Source: Psychrobacter cryohalolentis K5 (GTDB taxonomy: Bacteria > Pseudomonadota > Gammaproteobacteria > Pseudomonadales > Moraxellaceae). Taken from it: a DNA stretch of 32,000 bases. The notes under the pieces were generated by a model. That model was not told the DNA's origin and made no database searches. It saw nothing but the letters and a program-made list of their open reading frames with translations. The stretch lies in contig NC_007968.1 in NCBI RefSeq assembly GCF_000013905.1, forward strand, positions 1-32,000. Direction: 5' to 3'. Shown in pieces: positions 17,846 through 25,044 of the stretch. How positions within the stretch are numbered: the stretch's first letter is position 1; every line of letters begins with the position of its first letter. A program made the translations under genes and the position numbers.

Positions 17846-17935
17846 CACGCACACTTGTATTGGTGCGCCTGCTGATATAAAATGTCCGTATCGAAAAATG
17901 GGTTTTATATCTGCTGACACAGATTAAAATTCATC

Positions 17936-17967
17936 TAACCCCCAGAGATTGCCGTCTCTGGGGGTTA
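17936..17967. promoter_or_regulatory. 13-bp perfect stem-loop in the rep leader; candidate antisense-RNA (ColE2 RNA I-like) copy-control element
   Basis: TAACCCCCAGAGA-ttgccg-TCTCTGGGGGTTA lies about 90 nt upstream of the rep ATG. Confidence 0.4.
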
Positions 17968-18137
17968 GTCGTTTCTAGCACATGAGTTTACGCTCTCATC
18001 GCACTTTCGTCAATTGTAAAATCCTCGTAAAGCCACGCCACTTAAGGGGCGCAAAAGTTATACCTACGTTATATTACATGGCATAATTGGGCTTTAATAA
18101 GACTGTCTGGAGCGTTAGTTTTTATATACGCTGATCT

Positions 18138-18169
18138 AAAAAAGAGCCCTTTAGTCGGGGCTCTTTTTT
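18138..18169. terminator. Bidirectional terminator-like hairpin
   Basis: A-run, GAGCCC-tttagtc-GGGGCTC, then T-run. Confidence 0.55.
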
Positions 18170-18179
18170 GTTAATTACT

Positions 18180-19159
18180 ACCCCACTCTCAACTTGAAAT
18201 AAGCAAATCAAACTGAAGAGGCGGATTACCAAGTTTTTTGTTGAGTACAAAGCACAGATTGTGTGAAAGAATCTTACGAATCAATCGATGAGACAAATGC
18301 CATAAATCTCTTGCTCGTACCCTTTGTATATTAAATCGTTCTGATAGCTGACCAATGACTGTTTCAACGATACGGCGGGCTTTCATTAGCCGCCTTACCA
18401 CAGGTTTGGGTCTATCCTCTTTCATGTTGGCTCTGAGTGGCGTTTGTAAATCCACGCCTTGAGCGTCGTAGTACGATGTCAGACTAGGGCTGATATACCC
18501 TTTATCAGCGCCAAGCAGCCCATGAATATGAGTGGTGATTTCTGGGGCAACCGCTCTTTCATCAACATTGGCAGGAGCAAAGGTAAAGCCTTTAATCATG
18601 CCCGATAAGTTAACAAGCAAATGGCCTTCAAAGCCATAGTACCTCTCTTGCTTAGCGGCACAGTAGCTAAAAGCTGCTAAGTCTTGATAATTCTTATGCC
18701 GATAAGCGCGTCCATAATGACAGACGGGTATCGGAAAGCCATCCATAAAATGAATGTTGTCACGGCCTTCAATTTGACTGACTTTATCTTGTATCTGCTG
18801 TTTGACTTGCCACAGATTGGCGCAGTGCTTTGCGAAGTTAGGGTATGAGCCGATGGCTGGAAACCAGTCTTGCCAATGCTGGGTAAAGTATTGCCAAATT
18901 TGTTTTTCTTGATCTAGGTGTAAAAATTCACCGACCATCTCCATGCAAATAACCTCAGGATCACTTAGCTTTGGCGCGTAACCTGCACTTCGCAAGGGTT
19001 TGGTGACGACTATTTTGTAATATTGCTCTACCATTAAATAGATATTGATGATAAATTCGTCTATGGGCATCTCACAACTCCATTGTATTCTTGGTCGAAA
19101 ACAATAGATTAGTGAGGTGCTCTTCTTTTTTCAATCACTTTCGAAGTTGAGAGTCGGGT
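18180..19159 (-). mobile_element. IS982-family insertion sequence, intact, with an 8-bp target-site duplication
   Basis: IRL is ACCCCACTCTCAACTTGAAA (18180-18199) and the reverse complement of IRR is ACCCGACTCTCAACTTCGAAA (19139-19159). The flanking direct repeat TAATTACT lies at 18172-18179 and 19160-19167. Confidence 0.85.
18189..19070 (-). CDS. IS982-family transposase (DDE)
   Basis: The 293-aa size, LSDPEVICMEMVGEFL and GADKGYIS are typical of the IS982 family. Confidence 0.85.
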   Translation of the reverse strand: MPIDEFIINIYLMVEQYYKIVVTKPLRSAGYAPKLSDPEVICMEMVGEFLHLDQEKQIWQYFTQHWQDWFPAIGSYPNFAKHCANLWQVKQQIQDKVSQIEGRDNIHFMDGFPIPVCHYGRAYRHKNYQDLAAFSYCAAKQERYYGFEGHLLVNLSGMIKGFTFAPANVDERAVAPEITTHIHGLLGADKGYISPSLTSYYDAQGVDLQTPLRANMKEDRPKPVVRRLMKARRIVETVIGQLSERFNIQRVRARDLWHLSHRLIRKILSHNLCFVLNKKLGNPPLQFDLLISS

Positions 19160-19169
19160 TAATTACTGT

Positions 19170-19287
19170 AAGTAATTATGATGGTTCCGTATAAGGAAAC
19201 CCTCGTTGCTTCCATAACAGACGTTATAAAAAATGACGTTGGATAGAAGGATTCGGTTTCATTAGCATTGGTTCTAGCGCCAGACTT
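19170..19287 (-). repeat. Site g: inverted partner of site a (tip degenerate, GTCTGG instead of GTATAC)
   Basis: The reverse complement reads ...AGAACCAATGCTAATGAAACCGAATCCTTCTATCCAACGTCATTTTTTATAACGTCTGTTATGG. A GTCTGTTAT motif and TATACGGAACCA lie further in. Confidence 0.6.
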
Positions 19288-19460
19288 TCAAAATCAATCT
19301 ACAGTTACTCAGACGTTCAAAAAATTGCTCAGTTTTAGCATTAGCTAGTCGCAACAGTCTCCAAGGATCTGGGAAATCTTGTTCACATAATCATGTATAT
19401 TAGGTCTTATTTGACGTACAGTAACCCTCAACACTAATAAGATTACAAGGATGTGATCAA

Positions 19461-20270
19461 ATGACTCAAGCTACCTATCAAACACCTAACGCTAAACCTC
19501 AGTTAACAGTATGCATTATCAATTCGTCCGGAAATTCCGGTAAGACTATTAGTGGCAGATGGTTAGTTAAACCGCGCCTCCAAGATCCAAAATATTATAG
19601 AATTGGATTCAATGATAGAAACATTAGTGGAGATGAGATTTTTGCGACTGTAGACAAACTTAGAGATGTACATGTTGAGCTAATGATGGGTACATCCGTT
19701 ATTGTTGAAGTGGAGATATCTGAATTTGAGCGTACTATTGATCGGATGGATCAAATGATGGGATGTCATGAAGATTATGATTTTTTCCTGGTGCCAGTGG
19801 TTGATTCATCACCCAAATTAATCGCAGATAGTATTGGAACGATCAAAATATTAGTCAACATGGGCGTACCGCCTCATAAAATCAGAATACTGTTTAACAG
19901 AGACCCTAGTAGACACTCTGCCTATGACTATTTTGAAGAACTGACAGATACTCTTGATGAGCTTAAAATACCTTATGATCTGAACGCTCAGTTTCAATGT
20001 TATGACTTTTACGAAAAACTAGAAGCACTAAACCTTTCTTTCGAAGATCTCACAGAACATAATTTAATAGACGCTAAGGCACACTTAAAGAAAATAAAAG
20101 AGAAAGGTAAAATCCATAGATTAACGGATACTCAGAAGGCCGCAAAAGCATTCTATGCTCAAGTTGTGCTGGTTCAAAGAGCTGCCCTTGCCTATAAATC
20201 AGAACATGATGAAGTGTTTGAAATCTTATTTCAAAATTATCCAGAGTCTGATATGGCTGAAAGTTGTTAG
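19461..20270 (+). CDS. Hypothetical protein with a P-loop-like motif (GNSGKT)
   Basis: LTVCIINSSGNSGKTI near the N-terminus resembles a deviant Walker A. The family is unknown to me. Confidence 0.4.
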   Translation: MTQATYQTPNAKPQLTVCIINSSGNSGKTISGRWLVKPRLQDPKYYRIGFNDRNISGDEIFATVDKLRDVHVELMMGTSVIVEVEISEFERTIDRMDQMMGCHEDYDFFLVPVVDSSPKLIADSIGTIKILVNMGVPPHKIRILFNRDPSRHSAYDYFEELTDTLDELKIPYDLNAQFQCYDFYEKLEALNLSFEDLTEHNLIDAKAHLKKIKEKGKIHRLTDTQKAAKAFYAQVVLVQRAALAYKSEHDEVFEILFQNYPESDMAESC

Positions 20271-20393
20271 ACTAACTGCCCATTAAAATTCGTAGGTGAA
20301 CTTCTTATTCAGGCCAGGATCACAAAGGGTATTTCTATCTTCTAAAGAATAATAATTGCTAGCATCAAAGCAAATGTTACCATCTATGCAATT

Positions 20394-20461
20394 ACTCATT
20401 TACTCATGTGAACATATGAGTATATACTCATTTGAGTAAAAACTTATATGAGTATATACTC
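20394..20461. promoter_or_regulatory. ParG-type operator/centromere: ACTC/GAGT tetramer boxes in a strict 8-bp register
   Basis: The boxes at 20394, 20402, 20410, 20418, 20426, 20434, 20442, 20450 and 20458 read ACTC, ACTC, GAAC, GAGT, ACTC, GAGT, ACTT, GAGT, ACTC. They are separated by 4-bp AT-rich spacers. Confidence 0.7.
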
Positions 20462-20479
20462 AAATACGGAATCATTTTC

Positions 20480-21115
20480 ATGAAAGTAATAGCGGTATTA
20501 AATCAAAAGGGCGGAAGCGGCAAAACGACAATCGCTACTCAATTAGCCCGAGGTCTACAGCTGCAAGGGCATAGTGTGTTGTTAGTTGATAGCGACCAAC
20601 AAGGTAGTGCGCGTGATTGGAGAGCAGTTGATGAAGATAACCCTGTGCCAGTTATTGGATTAGATAGACCAACTTTGGATAAAGATTTAAAAAACGTATC
20701 TGATAAAGAATTTGTAGTTATTGACGGTTCTCCGCAAGCAACCACTCTTGCTATATCTGCAATTAAGGCTGCTGATTTTATACTGATACCAGTACAACCA
20801 AGTCCTTATGATGTCTGGGCTACTAGCGATCTAGTAGATCTAGTTAAACAGCGCATCGAGATGACTGATGGTAAATTGAAGGCCGCTTTTGTGGTATCTA
20901 GGGCAATCCAAAATACCAATATCGGCAAAGAAGTGGCAACTGTTTTATTAGATTATGGTTTGCCTGTTCTGGACACTCGGATAATGCAGCGTGTGAGTTA
21001 CCCAAATAGTGCCTCATTAGGTAAAACGGTATTCGATACAGAGTCAGCTAATAGCAATGCTGTACAAGAAATGACGGCTTTGGTCAATGAAGTTAAAACA
21101 TTTTTCGATGAATAA
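20480..21115 (+). CDS. parA: ParA-superfamily partition ATPase, type Ib (ParF-like)
   Basis: [17 protein letters not shown] is the deviant Walker A, and VVIDGSP and [10 protein letters not shown] are present. I prefer the ATG at 20480 over the start of the longer ORF. Confidence 0.85.
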   Translation: MKVIAVLNQKGGSGKTTIATQLARGLQLQGHSVLLVDSDQQGSARDWRAVDEDNPVPVIGLDRPTLDKDLKNVSDKEFVVIDGSPQATTLAISAIKAADFILIPVQPSPYDVWATSDLVDLVKQRIEMTDGKLKAAFVVSRAIQNTNIGKEVATVLLDYGLPVLDTRIMQRVSYPNSASLGKTVFDTESANSNAVQEMTALVNEVKTFFDE

Positions 21116-21127
21116 TGAGGTATAGAC

Positions 21128-21331
21128 ATGAAAGCAGGTAGACCAAGTAGAGACGCCAAAAACACCTTAGATTTATCAGATGTGACTAATGCTCCGAAAA
21201 AGACAGTAAGAGTTAACTTCAATCTAGATGAAGAAAAGTACATATTGTTAAAACAATATGCACTCAATAACCGTAAGACAGTGACTCAGCTATTAACTGA
21301 TATGATCGATGAAAAAATAGTTGAACGATGA
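21128..21331 (+). CDS. parG: ParG-like ribbon-helix-helix centromere-binding protein
   Basis: VRVNFNLDEEKYILLKQYALNNRKTVTQLLTDMI parallels the ParG sequence RVNVNFDEEKHTRFKAACARKGTSITDVVNQLV (recalled). The gene lies directly after parA. Confidence 0.6.
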   Translation: MKAGRPSRDAKNTLDLSDVTNAPKKTVRVNFNLDEEKYILLKQYALNNRKTVTQLLTDMIDEKIVER

Positions 21332-21588
21332 ATAAAATATGTCGCGAGCCACTGTTTGATTTTGTGTATGTATTTATCTAAATGGCAGTTACACAGAGTT
21401 CAGGATGGTTTCTCTAAGAGAGCAGCGCCAAGAGCAGTTGACGTTACAACGGCTAGCAGTAAAAATTGATATATCTGATAAAGATATAGAAATTTAATCA
21501 TTATTTTTACCTGTTAGAATCATGTTTCTTATTATATCCATGTATGTCGACATACCTAATATACATCTTTGACTAGATTAGAGTATTT

Positions 21589-22599
21589 ATGAGCAATTTA
21601 ATAAAAAGTATTAGAATAAAAAGATTGTTTGATGAAAAAGACGTTAGTTGGGAACTAAAAAAAATTAATGTCTTAGTTGGTAAGAATGGATTGGGTAAAT
21701 CTACTATTCTTAGGTTGATAAATGCTGCCGTCACTTTAAAACAAGTTGAAGACTTAAATTTATGTGAAGAAGTAAGCGTAGTAATGAAAGATGAAGAAAA
21801 ATACACTTCGAAAAAAAATAATTTAATAGATATTGAGATGTTAAAATTAGTTATAGAGGAGCTATCAAGGTTTGAAAAAAATTCTAGGAAAGATAAAAAT
21901 TCAGATAGCCATTATGTAAAATATAAAAGATTAAGCAATGATGAACTAAAAGAATTAACGACAGATTTGTTCAAAAAAATAAATAAAAATGCAACTAACT
22001 ATGAAATAGAGGATAATGATAAGAAATTAAATATCAAAAGAGATAATCAAGTTTTTAAACCTAAAAAAAAGATGCCTGTAGAGTTTATATCTACGATAAA
22101 TATGAGTGCGAACTCAGTAAATAACGTTATTGAGAGTGACGGAAATAAGACAACTTTTTTAGACGTAGAGATTGATAAGGAAGTAGAAAGACTAAATAAG
22201 GATCATAGAAACAAAGATGAACTACAAGAAAAGTTTATGAGTTCGTTAAACAATTTTTTTGAAGAAACCAACAAAAAAGTAGAGTTTGTAGACGATAAGA
22301 TAGAAATACTACTAATTAGTGGAAAGAGAATAGACTATCGCAACTTATCTTCTGGAGAAAGGCAGTTAATATTTATATTCCTAAAAATAATAAATGGCGG
22401 CGTTGATAACTCATTGATATTAATGGATGAACCAGAAATATCATTACATCTTTCATGGCAAGAAAAACTATTAACAGAGATCACAAATGCTAATAGCTCA
22501 AGCCAGATGATAATAGTAACTCATAGCCCAGCTCTAGTTATGGACGGTTGGCTAGACAACTTCATAGACATAAAAACCATAACAGAAGAAGTGTGGTGA
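21589..22599 (+). CDS. ABC-type (AAA_21/AAA_15-like) ATPase with a Lys/Glu-rich coiled-coil insertion; AriA-like
   Basis: Motifs are Walker A GKNGLGKST, signature-like LSSGERQ, Walker B LILMDEPEISLH and IIVTHSP. The insertion of about 200 aa is charged. Confidence 0.7.
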   Translation: MSNLIKSIRIKRLFDEKDVSWELKKINVLVGKNGLGKSTILRLINAAVTLKQVEDLNLCEEVSVVMKDEEKYTSKKNNLIDIEMLKLVIEELSRFEKNSRKDKNSDSHYVKYKRLSNDELKELTTDLFKKINKNATNYEIEDNDKKLNIKRDNQVFKPKKKMPVEFISTINMSANSVNNVIESDGNKTTFLDVEIDKEVERLNKDHRNKDELQEKFMSSLNNFFEETNKKVEFVDDKIEILLISGKRIDYRNLSSGERQLIFIFLKIINGGVDNSLILMDEPEISLHLSWQEKLLTEITNANSSSQMIIVTHSPALVMDGWLDNFIDIKTITEEVW

Positions 22600-22604
22600 G
22601 CGAC

Positions 22605-23591
22605 ATGTCAGAGTTTCATGACTTCTTTACTAGTAAAAATTTTATTGGCGCTTATAACGTTTTTTCATCTGGAGATATTAAAGATAAAAATAAAGGGATT
22701 ATTTATGTTGAAGATGCCTCTGATTACTCATTTTGGGAAGGGTTTATTGGCTATCATTACCCAAATGAATATATGTGCCGCCCTTCTTCAAAAGAAGGTA
22801 AAACAGTAACTGGCAAGAGGTTTTTAGAGAAAATATATAAAGATGCTAATGAAAAGATAATAATCGCAGTTGATAGTGACTATGACTACATTGCTTCTAA
22901 GGTACAAGAAGACCACATATTCAATCATAATAAATATGTTATCCATACTCATGGATTTAGTAGAGAGAGTGTCCAGATTGAAAAAGATAGTTTAGATCAT
23001 TTTTTCAAGCTATGTAGGTTAACTATCCCTAACACCGTTAACTTATCAAGCTTCTTAAATGATTTCTCTGAAATAGCTTTTAAAGGACTGGCTAAATATA
23101 TTGTTATTCTCAATAGAATTGATTACAGCAATATATATGATAGCGAATTCAATTCATGTTTCCATCTTCTTGATGAAAACATGGTTGATGAGAACTTACT
23201 AATCAGCAAATCCGGTATTGAAAAAATAGAGAAGAAAATGGACTTATTCTTCGATGATAAATGCATCTACGAAGACGATATAATAAAATCAGAATATTTC
23301 TTAAATGATATAGGAATTAATAGGGATAATGCTTATAGGTTTATATCAGGTCATGTTCTTTTTGACTTAATCAAAAAAATACATAAAATAAATTTATCTC
23401 AGCTAATGAAACACGAGATAAAGAATATCAATAAGAATGTAACTGGAAATGAAATAAAAGACAGGGTTAATCAAGTAAAGACTCGGTTTAATGACTCCTT
23501 TAGCTTTGATACTTACTGTCATATGCGTCAAGTAGATCTTGAAGATGAAGTCCATAAGTTCATACTCTCAGCCATTAAAAATATTAAATGA
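22605..23591 (+). CDS. DUF4435/TOPRIM-like protein; AriB-like predicted nuclease
   Basis: IIYVEDASDYSFWEG and IIIAVDSDYDY are Toprim-type acidic motifs. The start is the ATG at 22605, or a GTG at 22596 that forms a GTGA overlap with the upstream stop. Confidence 0.6.
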   Translation: MSEFHDFFTSKNFIGAYNVFSSGDIKDKNKGIIYVEDASDYSFWEGFIGYHYPNEYMCRPSSKEGKTVTGKRFLEKIYKDANEKIIIAVDSDYDYIASKVQEDHIFNHNKYVIHTHGFSRESVQIEKDSLDHFFKLCRLTIPNTVNLSSFLNDFSEIAFKGLAKYIVILNRIDYSNIYDSEFNSCFHLLDENMVDENLLISKSGIEKIEKKMDLFFDDKCIYEDDIIKSEYFLNDIGINRDNAYRFISGHVLFDLIKKIHKINLSQLMKHEIKNINKNVTGNEIKDRVNQVKTRFNDSFSFDTYCHMRQVDLEDEVHKFILSAIKNIK

Positions 23592-23750
23592 TAAGTATCA
23601 AGTTACTCATACTGTAAATAGTCTTTGATAGGACGTTTTTTGAACTTTGAGGCGTCTTTTTGGGAGCTTCCTAAGCATTTTATAAGTGAGTGTCTAGGCT
23701 GAGTGTACACCTACATGGATTTCAGGATACTATCGACTATTCATATTTGA

Positions 23751-24047
23751 CTAATGATCTAACAAATACTCTTCTAGCGCATCGTTAATCATATCTTGGT
23801 AGTTTCCGCCGGTCTTTTTAGCCCTATCCTGGAATCTAGCAATGATACTAGGACTCACGCTACTGGCACCGACCATAGAATCACTTGGCACTACGCTGCC
23901 ACGGGTCGCACTCGACCAGTCCGTCACTTCAGGCATATCAGACAAATCAATATCATGATCTAAAAGTACCGCCAATCGTTGCAAGTTTGCTTCTTGCGCA
24001 GCGCTTAAAGACGGTAACTCATTTGCTTTATAGCTAACCTTGTTCAT
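23751..24047 (-). CDS. brnA: BrnA-family antitoxin
   Basis: DIDLSDMPEVTDW...GGNYQDMINDALEEYL fits BrnA. The ATG at 24047 is preceded by AAAGGAGG. The longer 156-aa ORF is a read-through artefact. Confidence 0.65.
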   Translation of the reverse strand: MNKVSYKANELPSLSAAQEANLQRLAVLLDHDIDLSDMPEVTDWSSATRGSVVPSDSMVGASSVSPSIIARFQDRAKKTGGNYQDMINDALEEYLLDH

Positions 24048-24418
24048 AAAACCTCCTTTCAACCTTAGTGGCAGGTCGTGCTGATATGATACGAATAACC
24101 TCACCACCCTCACCATCTCTTTGAGTATGAGCAACAAAGTGCTTGAAAAAACAGTAAATGAAGCGAGAAAACAGTAAATGAAGCGAGAAAACAGCAAATG
24201 AAGCGAGAAAACAGTCCTCAAAAAAATATTGTTTTAGGGACTTTTAATAATTATTTCACCGCACTAAGCGCTTGCTACCGCTCTTCACCGTTTTCATATC
24301 GGTCTTGTTGACGCAAACACAAAGGATCAAAAAATACCCGAGCTGCTTCTTCAAAGCATAAGCCATGTTTGCGTTGATTACTGCTATTTTTCTGTTCATC
24401 CCATTCAAATTCAATCAT
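24034..24418 (-). pseudogene. brnT: brnT (DUF497) toxin gene, disrupted
   Basis: The N-terminal part MIEFEWDEQKNSSNQRKHGLCFEEAARVFFDPLCLRQQDRYENGEER ends at a TAG (24275-24277) where W is expected. A 3.5x 20-bp repeat follows. The C-terminal part HFVAHTQRDGEGGEVIRIISARPATKVERRFYEQG is in a shifted frame and overlaps the brnA start. Confidence 0.65.
24145..24215. repeat. About 3.5 tandem copies of the 20-bp unit GAAAACAGTAAATGAAGCGA inside brnT
   Basis: Units lie at 24145-24166 (two extra A), 24167-24186 and 24187-24206 (one mismatch), with a partial unit at 24207-24215. Confidence 0.85.
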
Positions 24419-24615
24419 TGATCACCGTCTTCAAGCGTATTGGTACTAGGCATTGTCTGGTAATCAAAAGACAGCGGTATGCTATTGGTTTCTGCTACCT
24501 GATGCAAAAATAACTTAATCGCCTGAGAAGGCGTTAAACCATAGCCTTCAAGCACCGAAAACGCCTTGTCTTTTAATTCTTGATCGAGACGGATATTATA
24601 ATTGGTTGTGCTCAT
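24415..24615 (-). CDS. RelB/DinJ-family antitoxin
   Basis: NIRLDQELKDKAFSVLEGYGLTPSQAIKLFLHQVAE is the DinJ/RelB RHH pattern. Its stop overlaps the brnT ATG (ATGA). Confidence 0.65.
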   Translation of the reverse strand: MSTTNYNIRLDQELKDKAFSVLEGYGLTPSQAIKLFLHQVAETNSIPLSFDYQTMPSTNTLEDGDQ

Positions 24616-24716
24616 AGCATTACTTATCGCTTATTTATGTACCGTCAATATAAGCGATAAGTAACGTCAATTCAATAATTTTAGGGCTTTGGTTTTTTAC
24701 GAACAATAATAATATG

Positions 24717-24977
24717 CTACTCATTCAATTCATGCAGAAAATTATCAATTCTCTGTTTTAGCTGTTTTTGTATGACGTAGAGTTCGCTCGCGCTACATTC
24801 TCTTAGCATACTTTCCTCATCTTTTAGCTCAAACATCTTTTTACGTATGCTATCGCTATGGGCTTCGTTTTCTAAACCAAAGGTGTTAAGACGCCCCATT
24901 TGACGGTAGTATTCTCGTTGTGCCTCTTCAAACATCATGAAATGGTTACTTGCTACTGATACACCTCGAATACTCAT
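24717..24977 (-). CDS. Hypothetical protein
   Basis: The ORF has plausible spacing in a minus-strand operon. I recognise no family. Confidence 0.4.
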   Translation of the reverse strand: MSIRGVSVASNHFMMFEEAQREYYRQMGRLNTFGLENEAHSDSIRKKMFELKDEESMLRECSASELYVIQKQLKQRIDNFLHELNE

Positions 24978-25044
24978 AGATTGCTCCTTTTTACACTAGG
25001 AAAATGTCCCTTTATGAAATTTTTATTTATCTATTATCAATAAC

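Noticed and set aside
1343-19287. The GTATAC-centred sites considered as XerC/XerD (pdif) sites like those bounding Acinetobacter dif modules.
   Set aside because: None shows the conserved XerD arm (TTATGTTAA-type) or the 11-6-11 organisation. The resemblance is only in the modular logic.
21574-21586. The 13-mer TAGATTAGAGTAT shared between the left flank of site a (1348-1360) and the RBS region of the ATPase gene.
   Set aside because: A single 13-nt AT-rich match is expected by chance in a window of this size and composition, and there is no extended similarity.
22548-22604. The upstream start of the DUF4435 ORF, which overlaps the ATPase gene by 52 nt.
   Set aside because: The extension (MARQLHRHKNHNRRSVVSD) looks like out-of-frame read-through of the ATPase 3-prime end. 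The coupled starts at 22596 and 22605 are more plausible.
24048-24221. The N-terminal 58 residues of the 156-aa ORF 23751-24221.
   Set aside because: This part reads through the 20-bp repeats and the shifted brnT C-terminus. A strong RBS (AAAGGAGG) precedes the internal ATG at 24047, which yields a normal-sized BrnA.
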